From positions 1 through 31,739 of the forward strand of contig JBEKIY010000002.1 in assembly GCA_050011495.1 (NCBI GenBank): a stretch of 31,739 nt of DNA. The letters run 5' to 3'. Both the position numbers and the translations under genes were made by a program. Below are positions 1 through 11,328 of the stretch, piece after piece. The notes below the pieces were generated by a model. That model was not told the origin of the DNA. It saw only the letters and a program-made list of their open reading frames with translations, and did no database searches. The stretch's first letter is position 1. Each line of letters begins with the position of its first letter. This DNA comes from Candidatus Saccharimonadales bacterium (lineage in GTDB: Bacteria; Patescibacteriota; Saccharimonadia; Saccharimonadales; UBA4665).

Positions 1-1
1 T

Positions 2-670
2 AAAAGCGGTCGCGATAGTAAAACCCAGGCCATATTGCCGTTACGAGGCAAGGTATTAAATGTCGAACGAGCCAGACTAGATAAAATGCTGGCAAATAAC
101 GAGATATTAAGCCTTATAAAAGCACTTGGCGTAGGCATTGAAGAATCTTTCGATGTCAAAGGACTTCGCTATGACAAGATTGTAATCATGACCGATGCTG
201 ATGTTGATGGCTCGCACATTAGTACTCTACTGTTAACATTCTTCTTCCGCTTTATGCAACAGGTTATAGATGGTGGTCATCTTTATTTAGCTAAACCACC
301 GCTGTTTGAGCTTGTTAAACCGGGCAGGAAATCAAGTATCTTTATATATGATGAATCTCAACTCGATATCATTATCGACCAGGCTATTACCAAACGCGAG
401 AAAGAGGGTATAAAAATTGAATCAACTGAGGAAAGATTCCGTCAAGCTGGCTTTATCGAACAGAAACGCTATAAGGGTCTAGGTGAAATGGATGCTGAAC
501 AGTTATTCGAGACCACCATGAACCCAGATAAACGAGTATTAATACAAGTCAGGGTAGAAGATGCTGAAAAAGCCGATGCCATATTTAATAAACTTATGGG
601 CACTGAGGTAGAGCTCCGCAAGAACTTTATTCAAACGCATGCTAAGTTTGTGAAAGATTTGGATATATAA
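2..670 (+). CDS. gyrB: DNA gyrase subunit B, C-terminal part (5' truncated by window edge)
   Basis: Frame is open from base 2 (KSGRDSKTQAILPLRGK). TOPRIM motifs PLRGKVLN, IMTDADVDG and RYKGLGEM are present. Confidence 0.98.
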   Translation, partial: KSGRDSKTQAILPLRGKVLNVERARLDKMLANNEILSLIKALGVGIEESFDVKGLRYDKIVIMTDADVDGSHISTLLLTFFFRFMQQVIDGGHLYLAKPPLFELVKPGRKSSIFIYDESQLDIIIDQAITKREKEGIKIESTEERFRQAGFIEQKRYKGLGEMDAEQLFETTMNPDKRVLIQVRVEDAEKADAIFNKLMGTEVELRKNFIQTHAKFVKDLDI

Positions 671-674
671 AGTT

Positions 675-3200
675 ATGGAACCACAGACCAACAATCCAAT
701 AGACAAAACCAAGGATATCCAGCAACCAATTTATTCTGATCACACCCAGAGCGTAGAGCTTAGAACAATCGAAGATGTTATGGAGGATAATTACCTTCGT
801 TATTCAATGAGCGTGATTGTGGCTCGAGCTTTACCAGATGTTCGTGATGGCTTGAAGCCAGTACATCGGCGAATTCTTTATGCGATGAATGCCAATGGTT
901 GGCGCAGCAATTCTTCAACCGTTAAGAGTGCTCGAGTTACCGGTGAAGTTATGGGTAAATACCACCCTCATGGAAACTTAGCTATCTACGATGCCATGGC
1001 TAGAATGGCTCAGCCCTGGTCTATGCGCTACATGCTGATTAACGGTCAGGGTAACTTTGGTTCTATGGATGGCGACCCACCAGCCGCTGAACGATACACA
1101 GAAGCTAAAATGGCCCGTATAGCCGATGATTTATTGGTAGATATCGATAAAGACACTGTCGATTTTGTAGATACTTATGACGGTAGTCGACAAGAGCCCA
1201 CAGTATTACCAGCTAAGTTGCCTAATTTATTGCTAAATGGACAGCTTGGTATTGCGGTCGGGATGGCCACCAATATTCCACCACACAATCTTACAGAACT
1301 GGTTGATGCCACTATTTATCAAATAGAAAATCCTGATGCAACGCTAGACGATTTATTAAAGTATGTCAAAGGGCCGGATTTTCCAACTGGCGGTATCGTT
1401 TTCGGTAAAGATTCATTAAGGACTGCCTATGCCACAGGCAAGGGTGGTGTGATTATGCGCGGTGTAGCCGAGATAGTTGAATCTAACAAGGGCCGCCATC
1501 AAATTGTGATAACCGAAATACCTTATGGGCTTAACAAGGCCAGTTTACTAGAAAAGCTTGCCGAACTAGCCCGTGAAAAGAAAATAGCCGGGATAAGCGA
1601 TATCCGAGATGAAAGCGCCAGAGGCGATGTCCGAATAGTGGTAGATCTAAAAAAAGACGCTTATCCTAAAAAATTACTTAATCAGTTGTATAAACTAACT
1701 TCTCTTCAAACTCCATTTCATTTTAATATGCTAGCTTTAATAGATGGTATTCAACCGCGCATTCTAGGTCTTCAAGATATAATCATTGAGCATATCAAGC
1801 ACCGACAGATAGTTGTCAGGCGACGTACTGAATTTGAACTACGCAAAGCTAAAGAACGAGCCCACATACTAGAAGGTTTGAAAATAGCGCTTGATCATAT
1901 TGATGAAGTTATAAACACCATCCGTTCGAGCGAAACAACAGACGAAGCCCAGACTAATTTAATGAATAAATTCGCTTTAAGCGAAATCCAAGCCAAAGCC
2001 ATTTTAGCTATGCAATTACGAACGTTAGCTGGACTTGAAAGAAAGAAAATTGATGATGAGTTTACAGAATTACTCAAGTTGATTAAAGATTTAGAAGCTG
2101 TTTTAGCGGATGAAAGCAAAATCTTACATATTATAAAGGACGAATTAGAGCAAGTTAAAAAGCAATTTGGCGACAAACGACGGACTAAAATAATTGCTCA
2201 AGAATTAGGCAAAATGAATGACGAAGATCTAGTTCCTGAAGAGCAAGTAGTTGTAACTCTTACATCAGCTAACTATATAAAAAGAAGCCCAATAGCTGAT
2301 TATAAGAAGCAAGGTAGGGGCGGTAAAGGTCGACGTGGAATGGTTACGAGAGAAGAGGATGTTATTGAACATGTTGTAAATGCTAGTACACATGATTACT
2401 TGCTGTTCTTTACAAACAAGGGAAGAGTTTTCCGAATAAAGACTTATGAAGTCCCAACCACTAATTTAAATGCCAAGGGTGTAGCCATAGTAAACTTGCT
2501 TCAACTTCAGCCAGAAGAAAAAGTTAGTTCAGTTATTAATGTAAACAAACAAGACGGCGGTAATTTGTTTATGTGCACCGTAAAAGGCGTAGTTAAAAAG
2601 ACGCCATTTGAGCAATATAAAAATGTTCGAAGCTCTGGATTAATTGCTATAAATCTTGATGAAGGCGATGAACTCAAATGGATACGAATGACCAATGGTA
2701 ATAACGAAGTCTTGATTTCAACCGCTCAAGGTCAAGCAATTAGATTCCATGAAAAGAACGTCCGACCAATGGGTCGGGCTTCCAGGGGTGTCAGGGGTAT
2801 TCGATTACGCGCCGGCGACGAAGTTATCGGGATGGACGTAGTCCAAGAAGGATCAAGCATATTTGTAATAAGCCAACACGGTTACGGCAAACGTACAAAA
2901 GTCGCCCAATTTATGTCTCACGCTAGAGGTGGCGTTGGTATACGCTCTGCAATAGTAAATAAGAAAACTGGTCGTTTAGTAAGCGTTAAAACTCTCTTAG
3001 ATAATAACGATAATCAGGAAGTGATTATTATTACCTCTCAAGGTCAAGCCATACGTTTAGGCATGAAGAGCATTTCTCAGTTAGGTAGAGCTACTCAGGG
3101 AGTAAGAATTATGCGCTTGAACGATGGCGATGAAGTAGTGTCGTTGGCTTTAGTAGAAATAGATAATGATATAGCTAACGAAGAGCCCGTTAAATCATAG
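675..3200 (+). CDS. gyrA: DNA gyrase subunit A
   Basis: [22 protein letters not shown], active-site AAERYTE, GyrA-box QGRGGKG and C-terminal beta-pinwheel repeats; lies 4 nt after gyrB. Confidence 0.98.
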   Translation: MEPQTNNPIDKTKDIQQPIYSDHTQSVELRTIEDVMEDNYLRYSMSVIVARALPDVRDGLKPVHRRILYAMNANGWRSNSSTVKSARVTGEVMGKYHPHGNLAIYDAMARMAQPWSMRYMLINGQGNFGSMDGDPPAAERYTEAKMARIADDLLVDIDKDTVDFVDTYDGSRQEPTVLPAKLPNLLLNGQLGIAVGMATNIPPHNLTELVDATIYQIENPDATLDDLLKYVKGPDFPTGGIVFGKDSLRTAYATGKGGVIMRGVAEIVESNKGRHQIVITEIPYGLNKASLLEKLAELAREKKIAGISDIRDESARGDVRIVVDLKKDAYPKKLLNQLYKLTSLQTPFHFNMLALIDGIQPRILGLQDIIIEHIKHRQIVVRRRTEFELRKAKERAHILEGLKIALDHIDEVINTIRSSETTDEAQTNLMNKFALSEIQAKAILAMQLRTLAGLERKKIDDEFTELLKLIKDLEAVLADESKILHIIKDELEQVKKQFGDKRRTKIIAQELGKMNDEDLVPEEQVVVTLTSANYIKRSPIADYKKQGRGGKGRRGMVTREEDVIEHVVNASTHDYLLFFTNKGRVFRIKTYEVPTTNLNAKGVAIVNLLQLQPEEKVSSVINVNKQDGGNLFMCTVKGVVKKTPFEQYKNVRSSGLIAINLDEGDELKWIRMTNGNNEVLISTAQGQAIRFHEKNVRPMGRASRGVRGIRLRAGDEVIGMDVVQEGSSIFVISQHGYGKRTKVAQFMSHARGGVGIRSAIVNKKTGRLVSVKTLLDNNDNQEVIIITSQGQAIRLGMKSISQLGRATQGVRIMRLNDGDEVVSLALVEIDNDIANEEPVKS

Positions 3201-3231
3201 TATCCGTTTTACAATAATCATTATGATTAAC

Positions 3232-3261
3232 TTGACAGGGGGTATGTTAACAGGTTATGAT
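3232..3261 (+). promoter_or_regulatory. sigma70-type promoter for 16S rRNA (TTGACA-18-TATGAT)
   Basis: Perfect -35 at 3232-3237 and -10 at 3256-3261, about 110 nt upstream of the 16S. Confidence 0.75.
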
Positions 3262-3322
3262 GGTCTTATATTTTTCGGGGCTTGTATTTTGGTGTCCTTA
3301 AAAAATGGACCTTAAAAATTGG

Positions 3323-4993
<1,671 letters not shown>

Positions 4994-5008
4994 TTAGTTT
5001 TTAAGATT

Positions 5009-5036
5009 AAGGCGCTATGAAAGCGCCTTTTTATTT
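5009..5036 (+). terminator. Rho-independent terminator between 16S and the tRNAs
   Basis: 8-bp stem AAGGCGCT/AGCGCCTT with ATGAA loop, followed by TTTATTT, just after the 3' strand of the 16S processing stem. Confidence 0.7.
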
Positions 5037-5046
5037 CTTAAAAATA

Positions 5047-5075
5047 TTGCTTATACAAGAGAATATTCGTACAAT
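5047..5075 (+). promoter_or_regulatory. promoter for the tRNA-Ile/tRNA-Ala pair (TTGCTT-17-TACAAT)
   Basis: 17-nt spacing; -10 ends 12 nt before tRNA-Ile; follows the terminator directly. Confidence 0.65.
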
Positions 5076-5087
5076 AACGCAGTAATC

Positions 5088-5164
5088 GGGCTTGTAGCTC
5101 AGCTGGTTAGAGCGCGTCACTGATAATGACGAGGTCCCAGGTTCAAGTCCTGGCAAGCCCACCA
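5088..5164 (+). tRNA. tRNA-Ile(GAU), CCA encoded
   Basis: Acceptor GGGCTTG/CAAGCCC, anticodon loop CT-GAT-AA, T-loop GTTCAAG, A73, 3' CCA. Confidence 0.97.
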
Positions 5165-5180
5165 AAATACTGATTGAGAA

Positions 5181-5257
5181 GGGGATGTAGCTCAGCTGGC
5201 TAGAGTACCTGCTTTGCAAGCAGGGGGTCCGGGGTTCGAGTCCCCGCATCTCCACCA
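5181..5257 (+). tRNA. tRNA-Ala(UGC), CCA encoded
   Basis: Acceptor GGGGATG/CATCTCC with the G3-U70 Ala identity pair, anticodon TGC, T-loop GTTCGAG. Confidence 0.97.
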
Positions 5258-5376
5258 GAATTTATAGTTCAAATACATTTATAAAAAACTTAAAAATACT
5301 AATTTTTTAACACAATGTTGTGATTTTATGTTTTTTTGAAGTATAAAATTGTAGGAAGTTTTACATCGTTAATAGC

Positions 5377-5405
5377 TTGACTACCCCTGTTGATACTGTT
5401 ATGAT
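5377..5405 (+). promoter_or_regulatory. promoter upstream of 23S rRNA (TTGACT-17-TGtTATGAT, extended -10)
   Basis: -35 at 5377-5382, TG at 5397-5398, -10 at 5400-5405; context resembles the 16S promoter (cTTGAC...tTATGATg). Confidence 0.7.
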
Positions 5406-6199
5406 GTAGGTCGACGTTTGAGTTTAGGCAGCGAGACTATTTAGGGAGTAGTTTCTAGCATAAACTCAAGCTACCAGAATGTGCTAACGACTAATTGGGA
5501 TGCTCGGGCTTTGTAACTTAAAAATTTGGAAGTAAATAATTTTAAGACAAACGGCTAAATTATTGGTAATTACCAATAACTAGTCAATTGCACATCGTAA
5601 AAAGTTACTCAAGCGCACACAAAGGATGCCTTGACGTGAGATACCGATGAAGGACGTGAGGAGCTGCGATAAGCTTCGGGGAGTTGCTAACTAAACTTTG
5701 ATCCGAAGATGTCCGAATGGGGAAACCTTAATAGAGTCATGTCTATTAGCGCTTGTCTGAATACATAGGACGAGATAGCGGTAAGCGGGAGAACTGAAAC
5801 ATCTTAGTACCCCGAGGAATAGAAAGTAAATAACGATTCCGGTAGTAGTGGCGAGCGAATCCGGAACAGCCCAAACTTTTTAGGTTTCCGTTTGGCAACA
5901 AACGGATAAGTTGGTAGACGAATATCTAAAAGGGGTTGTGACACTACAAACAACCAGTACGGAGCCCTGAGCTTGCTCAGATTTCCGTATTGGAAGTACG
6001 ATCTACCATTATCGTACATAAGGTCTCAATTAATAGCGTTGCGAGCAGAAGCTTTTGGAAAGAAGCGCCAAAGACAGTGATAGCCTGGTATGCAAAGTTT
6101 CGCTAACCTTATATTTGTTTTTGTCGAGTAAATCGGGACACGTGAAACCCTGATTGAATCTGGGGGGTCCACCCTCCAAGGCTAAATATATCTTACGAT

Positions 6200-6230
<31 letters not shown>

Positions 6231-8315
6231 TAAAAGAACCCAGGAATGGGAGTGAAATAGATCCTGAAATTGTGTGCGTACAAGGAGTCGGAGCTAGATT
6301 TATCTAGTGACGGCGTGCTTTTTGTAGAACGATCCAGCGAGTTATTTGCATGCGCAAGCTTAAGTCATTTGACGGAGGCGTAGTGAAAGCGAGCCTGAAT
6401 AGGGCGTCCTAGTGCATGTGAATAGACCCGAAACCGAGTGATCTAACCATGGCCAGGCTGAAGCGCGGGTAAAACCGTGTGGAGGGCCGCACCAGTGTGA
6501 ATTGCAATACGCTTGGATGAGCTGTGGTTAGTGGTGAAATGCTAATCGAACTCGGAGATAGCTGGTTCTCCTCGAAATAGCTTTAGGGCTAGCGTTGCGT
6601 GGTAGCAGATAGGGGTAGAGCTCTGTTTCGGACTGGGGCTCGTAAGAGTACTCATCCTTGATAAACTACGAATACTATCTGTGGAATCGTGGCAGTCAGA
6701 ACGGCGGGGCTAAGCTCGTCGCTCAAAAGGGAAACAGCCCAGATCGCCATCTAAGGTCCCTAAATTTACACTAAGTGGGAAACGAGGTGAGATTTCTTAA
6801 ACAGCGAGGATGTTGGCTTAGAAGCAGCCATACATTTAAAGAGTGCGTAACAGCTCACTCGTCAAGAGATCTTGCGCGGAAAATGTAACGGGGCTCAAGT
6901 GTAATACCGAAGATGCGAACTTCTAGCTTGCTAGGAGTGGTAGAGGAGCGTTGATATCGCACTGAAGTCAGATTGTGAGATCTGGTGGAGCGTTATCAAG
7001 TGAGAATGCTGGAATGAGTAACTATAAGGCAGGTGAGAAACCTGCCCACCGAAAGAGCAAGGTTTCCTGGGCCACGGTAATCGTCCCAGGGTTAGTCGGT
7101 CCTAAGTCGAGGCGAGTAGCGTAGGCGATGGACAACGGGTTAATATTCCCGTACTAGTTTTACATTGTTTAAAAATGCGCGGCATATTAGTAGAATCGGA
7201 TTCATGGTTATATCCGTCTAACCTCGAGAAAAACGAGGGAATGAAACGACCTTACGGTTGGATTTCTATAACAGTGCTGACAAGAAAAGTTTTTAAACTT
7301 ATGTGTAAGGCTATCCGTACCGCAAACCGACACAGGTGCTCAGGTCGAGTAGACCAAGGTGTACGAGTGATTCTTCGTTAAGGAACTCGGCAAACAAGCG
7401 GCCGTAACTTCGGAATAAGGCCTGCCTCCATTAGGAGGCCGCAGCTAAAGAACCCATGCAACTGTTTACCAAAAACACAGGTCTCTGCTAACACGAAAGT
7501 GGATGTATAGGGGCTGACGCCTGCCCGGTGCTGGAAGGTTAAGGGGAGAAGTGTATGCTTTGAACTGAAGCCCCAGTGAACGGCGGCGGTAACTATAACC
7601 GTCCTAAGGTAGCGAAATTCCTTGTCAGGTAAGTTCTGACCCGCACGAATGGCGTAATGATATGGGTACTGTCTCAACGAAGAGCTCGGTGAAAGTGCAT
7701 TGACGGTAAAGATGCCGTCTGTCCGCAGCAGGACGGAAAGACCCCGTGCAGCTTTACTATAACTTGGCATTGAGCTGGGTTGTAACATGTGTAGAATAGG
7801 TGGGAGACTATGATGCTTAGGCGCTAGCTTAGGCGGAGTCAACAGTGAAATACCACTCTTGTTATGATCTTGTTCTAACCTGGTCCTCAAACTATCTATG
7901 ATAAATTTCGTAGCTAGTTTCAGGATCGGGGACCGTGTCTGGTGGATAGTTTAACTGGGGCGGTTGCCTCCTAAAAAGTATCGGAGGCGTTCAAAGGTTG
8001 GCTAGATTCGGATGGAAATCGAATCGATAGTGTATACGCATAAGCCAGCTTGACTGTGAGGGTGACAACCCGAGCAGGCACGAAAGTGGGAGTAAGTTTT
8101 CCGCTGTCCGTACATATTTGTACATGAGTGTGGTATCGGCAGCGCTTTCGGATAAAAGTTACGCCGGGGATAACAGGCTTATAGCGCCCAATAGTTCACA
8201 TAGACGGCGCTGTTTGGCACCTCGATGTCGGCTCATCTCATCCTGGGGCTGAAGCATGTCCCAAGGGTCCGGCTGTTCGCCGGTTAAAGAGGTACGCGAG
8301 CTGGGTTCAGAACGT

Positions 8316-9068
8316 AAGTTACATTGCGTTCTACTACTGAAAAGTAGTAAAATACGAGTGTACATCGCACTTTTCGTATTAATACCTGACTAATATCGGT
8401 GAAACCCTACAAAAATTCGAACATTTTTGAGGGTAATACCGAGGGAAGACATATATGTCTGACGAAGAAAAAGCCTACATAGCTGGATTTCTTGATGGCG
8501 ATGGATCAATAATGGCACAACTTATAAAACGAAAGGGATATAAGTTTGGGTACCAGATCCGTGTCAGTATAGTTTTCTATCAAAAGACTATACATCAAGA
8601 TCATCTTCTTTGGCTAAAGAAGCAGCTTGGCTATGGTTATGTTCGGATACGCAATGACGGTATGAGTGAATATACTATAGTTGGCTTAAGTGAAGTAGAA
8701 CATGTGTTATCTACTCTGAATTCCTTTCTTCGACTTAAAAAAGTTCTTGCACGTAAAGTATTGTTGCTCATAAAGCAGCATCCTTCTCAGCGTAAAGTTA
8801 ATGTTGCGCAATTTATTAGACTAAGTAAATTAGTTGATGAAACAGCTAAATTTAACTATACAAAGAAACGCAAAAACACTAGCACTGAAGTAATTGAATT
8901 TTTATTAAGTAAAAATATATATGTCCCCGTAGAGACTGAAGGATAGTGTAGCTACTAACCAGAGATAGAATTCTTAACTAAAGATCTATCATACGTCAGC
9001 CCCTCATTACACACATAGTAATAGGGTGAAGATATAGTCCGTGCCACTAGTAATAGTGGATTTACACG
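8316..9068 (+). mobile_element. Group I intron (753 nt) at 23S position equivalent to E. coli 2593, IA-like
   Basis: Exons rejoin as AGAACGT|CGTGAGACAG. 5' exon ends in U paired to G of IGS GCGTTCT (8326-8332); last base is G9068. P3 CTGAC/GTCAG, P4 TCGGT/ACCGA, P7 GAGACTG with AAGATATAGTCC, P9 CCACTA-GTAA-TAGTGG. Extra helices between P7 and P3' suggest subgroup IA. Confidence 0.95.
8455..8946 (+). CDS. Single-motif LAGLIDADG homing endonuclease (I-CreI/I-MsoI-like), 163 aa
   Basis: YIAGFLDGDGSI motif, FYQKT, GYGYVR and C-terminal KKRKNTS; lies in the intron P6 loop and its 3' end runs through P6'/P7. Confidence 0.93.
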   Translation: MSDEEKAYIAGFLDGDGSIMAQLIKRKGYKFGYQIRVSIVFYQKTIHQDHLLWLKKQLGYGYVRIRNDGMSEYTIVGLSEVEHVLSTLNSFLRLKKVLARKVLLLIKQHPSQRKVNVAQFIRLSKLVDETAKFNYTKKRKNTSTEVIEFLLSKNIYVPVETEG

Positions 9069-9505
9069 CGTGAGACAGTTCGGTTCATATCCGCTGTGGA
9101 CGATAGGAAATTTGAGAGGATTTATCCCTAGTACGAGAGGACCGGGATGAACGTACCGCTGGTGTACCAGTTGTTCTACCAAGGGCATGGCTGGGTAGCT
9201 ATGTGCGGACTAGATAAGCGCTGAAAGCATATTAAGCGCGAAGCTAACCTCAAGATTAGATTTCCCTATGAGACCCCTGAAAGACGATCAGGTTGATAGG
9301 CGCAAGGTGAAAGCACGGTAACGTGTGGAGCCAAAGCGTACTAATAGGTCCATTGACTTTTTATGATCTTCCACAACTACTATTTATAGTTTTTTGTGGA
9401 AGTAGCAATTGACTAGTTTTTGGTGTATTATCATCACACGTTTGCCTTAAAAATTTATTTATTACATGGACATCGATATCCGTCTTTAGTAACAATAGGA
9501 CGTCA

Positions 9506-9617
9506 TCGGTGCCCATGGCGCGAGGGAAACACCTGTTCCCATACCGAACACAGAAGTTAAGCCTCGCAGCGGTTACAATACTTGGGGTCCACCCCTGGGA
9601 AAATAGCACGGTGCCGA
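9506..9617 (+). rRNA. rrf: 5S rRNA
   Basis: TCGGTGC...GTGCCGA terminal helix; conserved CCCATACCGAACAC and GAAGTTAAGC. Confidence 0.95.
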
Positions 9618-9624
9618 ATTATAT

Positions 9625-9657
9625 AAAGTCCTTCCGAATAGGAAGGGCTTTATTCTT
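9625..9657 (+). terminator. terminator ending the rRNA locus
   Basis: 11-bp stem AAAGTCCTTCC/GGAAGGGCTTT (one G-U pair), then ATTCTT. Confidence 0.75.
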
Positions 9658-9688
9658 ATAACGCTAATGTTAATTATTTAAAATGCCA

Positions 9689-9717
9689 TTGACTTTAGCA
9701 CAATGGAATGTTATCAT
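9689..9717 (+). promoter_or_regulatory. promoter TTGACT-17-TGtTATCAT upstream of the KGG-type gene
   Basis: Near-consensus hexamers, 17-nt spacer, extended -10 TG. Confidence 0.65.
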
Positions 9718-9739
9718 AAGTGCATTGAACAGAAGTAGG

Positions 9740-9766
9740 AGGGTTCCGTAAGACGGGACTCTTTTT
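9740..9766 (+). terminator. terminator-like hairpin inside the leader of the KGG-type gene
   Basis: 10-bp stem AGGGTTCCGT/ACGGGACTCT (two G-U pairs), 3-nt loop, then TTTT. Confidence 0.5.
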
Positions 9767-9804
9767 AATTCGTTCGAGGAATAGATTAAATAAAGGAGAA
9801 CAAT

Positions 9805-10008
9805 ATGGCTGGAACACCGAATGGTGGAAAGTTAGCTGCTGCTACTAACATCAAGAAATATGGTGCAGATTTTTACGCCAAGATTGGTGCCAAAGGTGGT
9901 CTCAATGGTCACACTGGCGGTTTTTATGCCAATCGCGAATTAGCTCGTATTGCTGGTGCCAAAGGTGGTCGTATTAGCCGCCGACGCAGCACAAATAAAA
10001 CTGCTTAA
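9805..10008 (+). CDS. Small basic Gly-rich protein with KGG-type (stress-induced) repeats
   Basis: FYAKIGAKGG and LARIAGAKGG repeats; SD AAAGGAG upstream. Confidence 0.75.
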   Translation: MAGTPNGGKLAAATNIKKYGADFYAKIGAKGGLNGHTGGFYANRELARIAGAKGGRISRRRSTNKTA

Positions 10009-10034
10009 TTTTATATAACTAAGCAGAATTAGAG

Positions 10035-10067
10035 AAGATCGTCCATTAATAATAGGCGATCTTTTTT
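10035..10067 (+). terminator. terminator between the convergent KGG and HExxH genes
   Basis: AAGATCG/CGATCTT stem plus CC/GG, followed by TTTT; overlaps the stop codon of the minus-strand gene. Confidence 0.55.
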
Positions 10068-10519
10068 AGTTTATCGAGTTGTCGATACGGCCTACAGAAG
10101 CGGGAAGCAGTAACATGCCATATAGCATGACAATTAAAACAACGGTATAAAGTCGGCTGGTCTTGTATCCCTTGGCATTCACAGACAGGGCATTTACTTC
10201 TTTGGTGAAGCCAATCTTTATAAGTATCAAGGCAATTTTGAATATGTTCTTCATCAATAACTTCTTGATATTTAGGGGCGATTTTTCTTGCTTTTTCCCA
10301 AGCGTCTATCTCTAATTGGATTAGGTCGTAATCATACATATAACTGTTATGTCCCAATAAAGCATGGCTTAATTCATGCAACACTGACCATCTTCCAGAT
10401 TTATTGTTTTTATCTATAAATAATACTTCTTGAGTTCGTGGTGACCAGCTAAATTGATTAGCCGTACTAAATTTTAAATCAGGATAATCTTTAGCTAATT
10501 TACGGATGAACCGTTCCAT
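10046..10519 (-). CDS. HExxH protein (ImmA/IrrE-like metallopeptidase fold) with C-terminal Cys4 zinc ribbon
   Basis: LHELSHALLGH followed by LEIDAW (candidate third ligand Glu); CPVC...CFNC; overlaps the ROK gene by 20 nt. Confidence 0.65.
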   Translation of the reverse strand: MERFIRKLAKDYPDLKFSTANQFSWSPRTQEVLFIDKNNKSGRWSVLHELSHALLGHNSYMYDYDLIQLEIDAWEKARKIAPKYQEVIDEEHIQNCLDTYKDWLHQRSKCPVCECQGIQDQPTLYRCFNCHAIWHVTASRFCRPYRQLDKLKKIAYY

Positions 10520-11321
10520 AATGAGCCTTCGCTAAATCATAACAACCATATATAACAGCTTTTTCAGGTCTAGCCGCTACACGAATCGGCGGGATTGGCA
10601 TCATCGCATTCTCATAACGTTTAAGATTAGCGCGCAAAAAACGGCCATAGCGCGAGTAATATTGTCCCACACCACCACCAAGCACTATTACTTCAGGTTG
10701 CATTACAGCAATAAGATTAATTAAGCCGATGGCAATATTGGCTGCGACAATTCGCCATATTTTAACACTATGAATTTCACGGGCTTGCTGCCCGAATTGT
10801 TCGACAATAGCCTTACCTGAAGCGAAACTTTCCCATTTCATCATTTTGTCGCCATGCTGAAGGATCATATCGCCAGATTCCGAATCTACAAGTTCCGGAT
10901 CAATTTGTTGGTTAACAATCAAACCGCTATTAATACCTGTACTAATCGTGACATACAAAACTTTTTGATAGTTATCTTTTAACAACATAGCTTCGGATAA
11001 ACCGGCTAATTTAGTGTCATTTTCTATAACAACTGGCGTTTTAATTATGCTTTTTATGTCTTTTCGGATATTAACATTTTGCCAATTAAGATTCCCGAAA
11101 GCAATCGCTACGCCCTTTTCTCTATCTAGTCGACCAGGCACACCGACACCAGTTGCTGAAAAATCGTGTGTAGTTAATTTGGCAACATTATTTTCCAAAG
11201 AATCAAGGAACATTTTATAAGACCGTGGTGTCGGAAACTTAATTTCTTCCTGGATCACACCATTGTCGTCAAGACTTGCAATTAGGGTTTTTGTGCCCCC
11301 AATATCTATCCCCAGATACAT
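10500..11321 (-). CDS. ROK family sugar kinase
   Basis: GIDIGGTK, GVGVPG, ENDTKLAGLSE, TISTGIN, WESFASG and VLGGGV. Confidence 0.9.
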   Translation of the reverse strand: MYLGIDIGGTKTLIASLDDNGVIQEEIKFPTPRSYKMFLDSLENNVAKLTTHDFSATGVGVPGRLDREKGVAIAFGNLNWQNVNIRKDIKSIIKTPVVIENDTKLAGLSEAMLLKDNYQKVLYVTISTGINSGLIVNQQIDPELVDSESGDMILQHGDKMMKWESFASGKAIVEQFGQQAREIHSVKIWRIVAANIAIGLINLIAVMQPEVIVLGGGVGQYYSRYGRFLRANLKRYENAMMPIPPIRVAARPEKAVIYGCYDLAKAHYGTVHP

Positions 11322-11328
11322 TACTACC

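Noticed and set aside
7585-7620. Other common 23S intron sites (1917-1951 region) and the I-CeuI site
   Set aside because: Sequence is continuous, so there is no intron; the C1909G/G1921C change is a simple compensatory pair.
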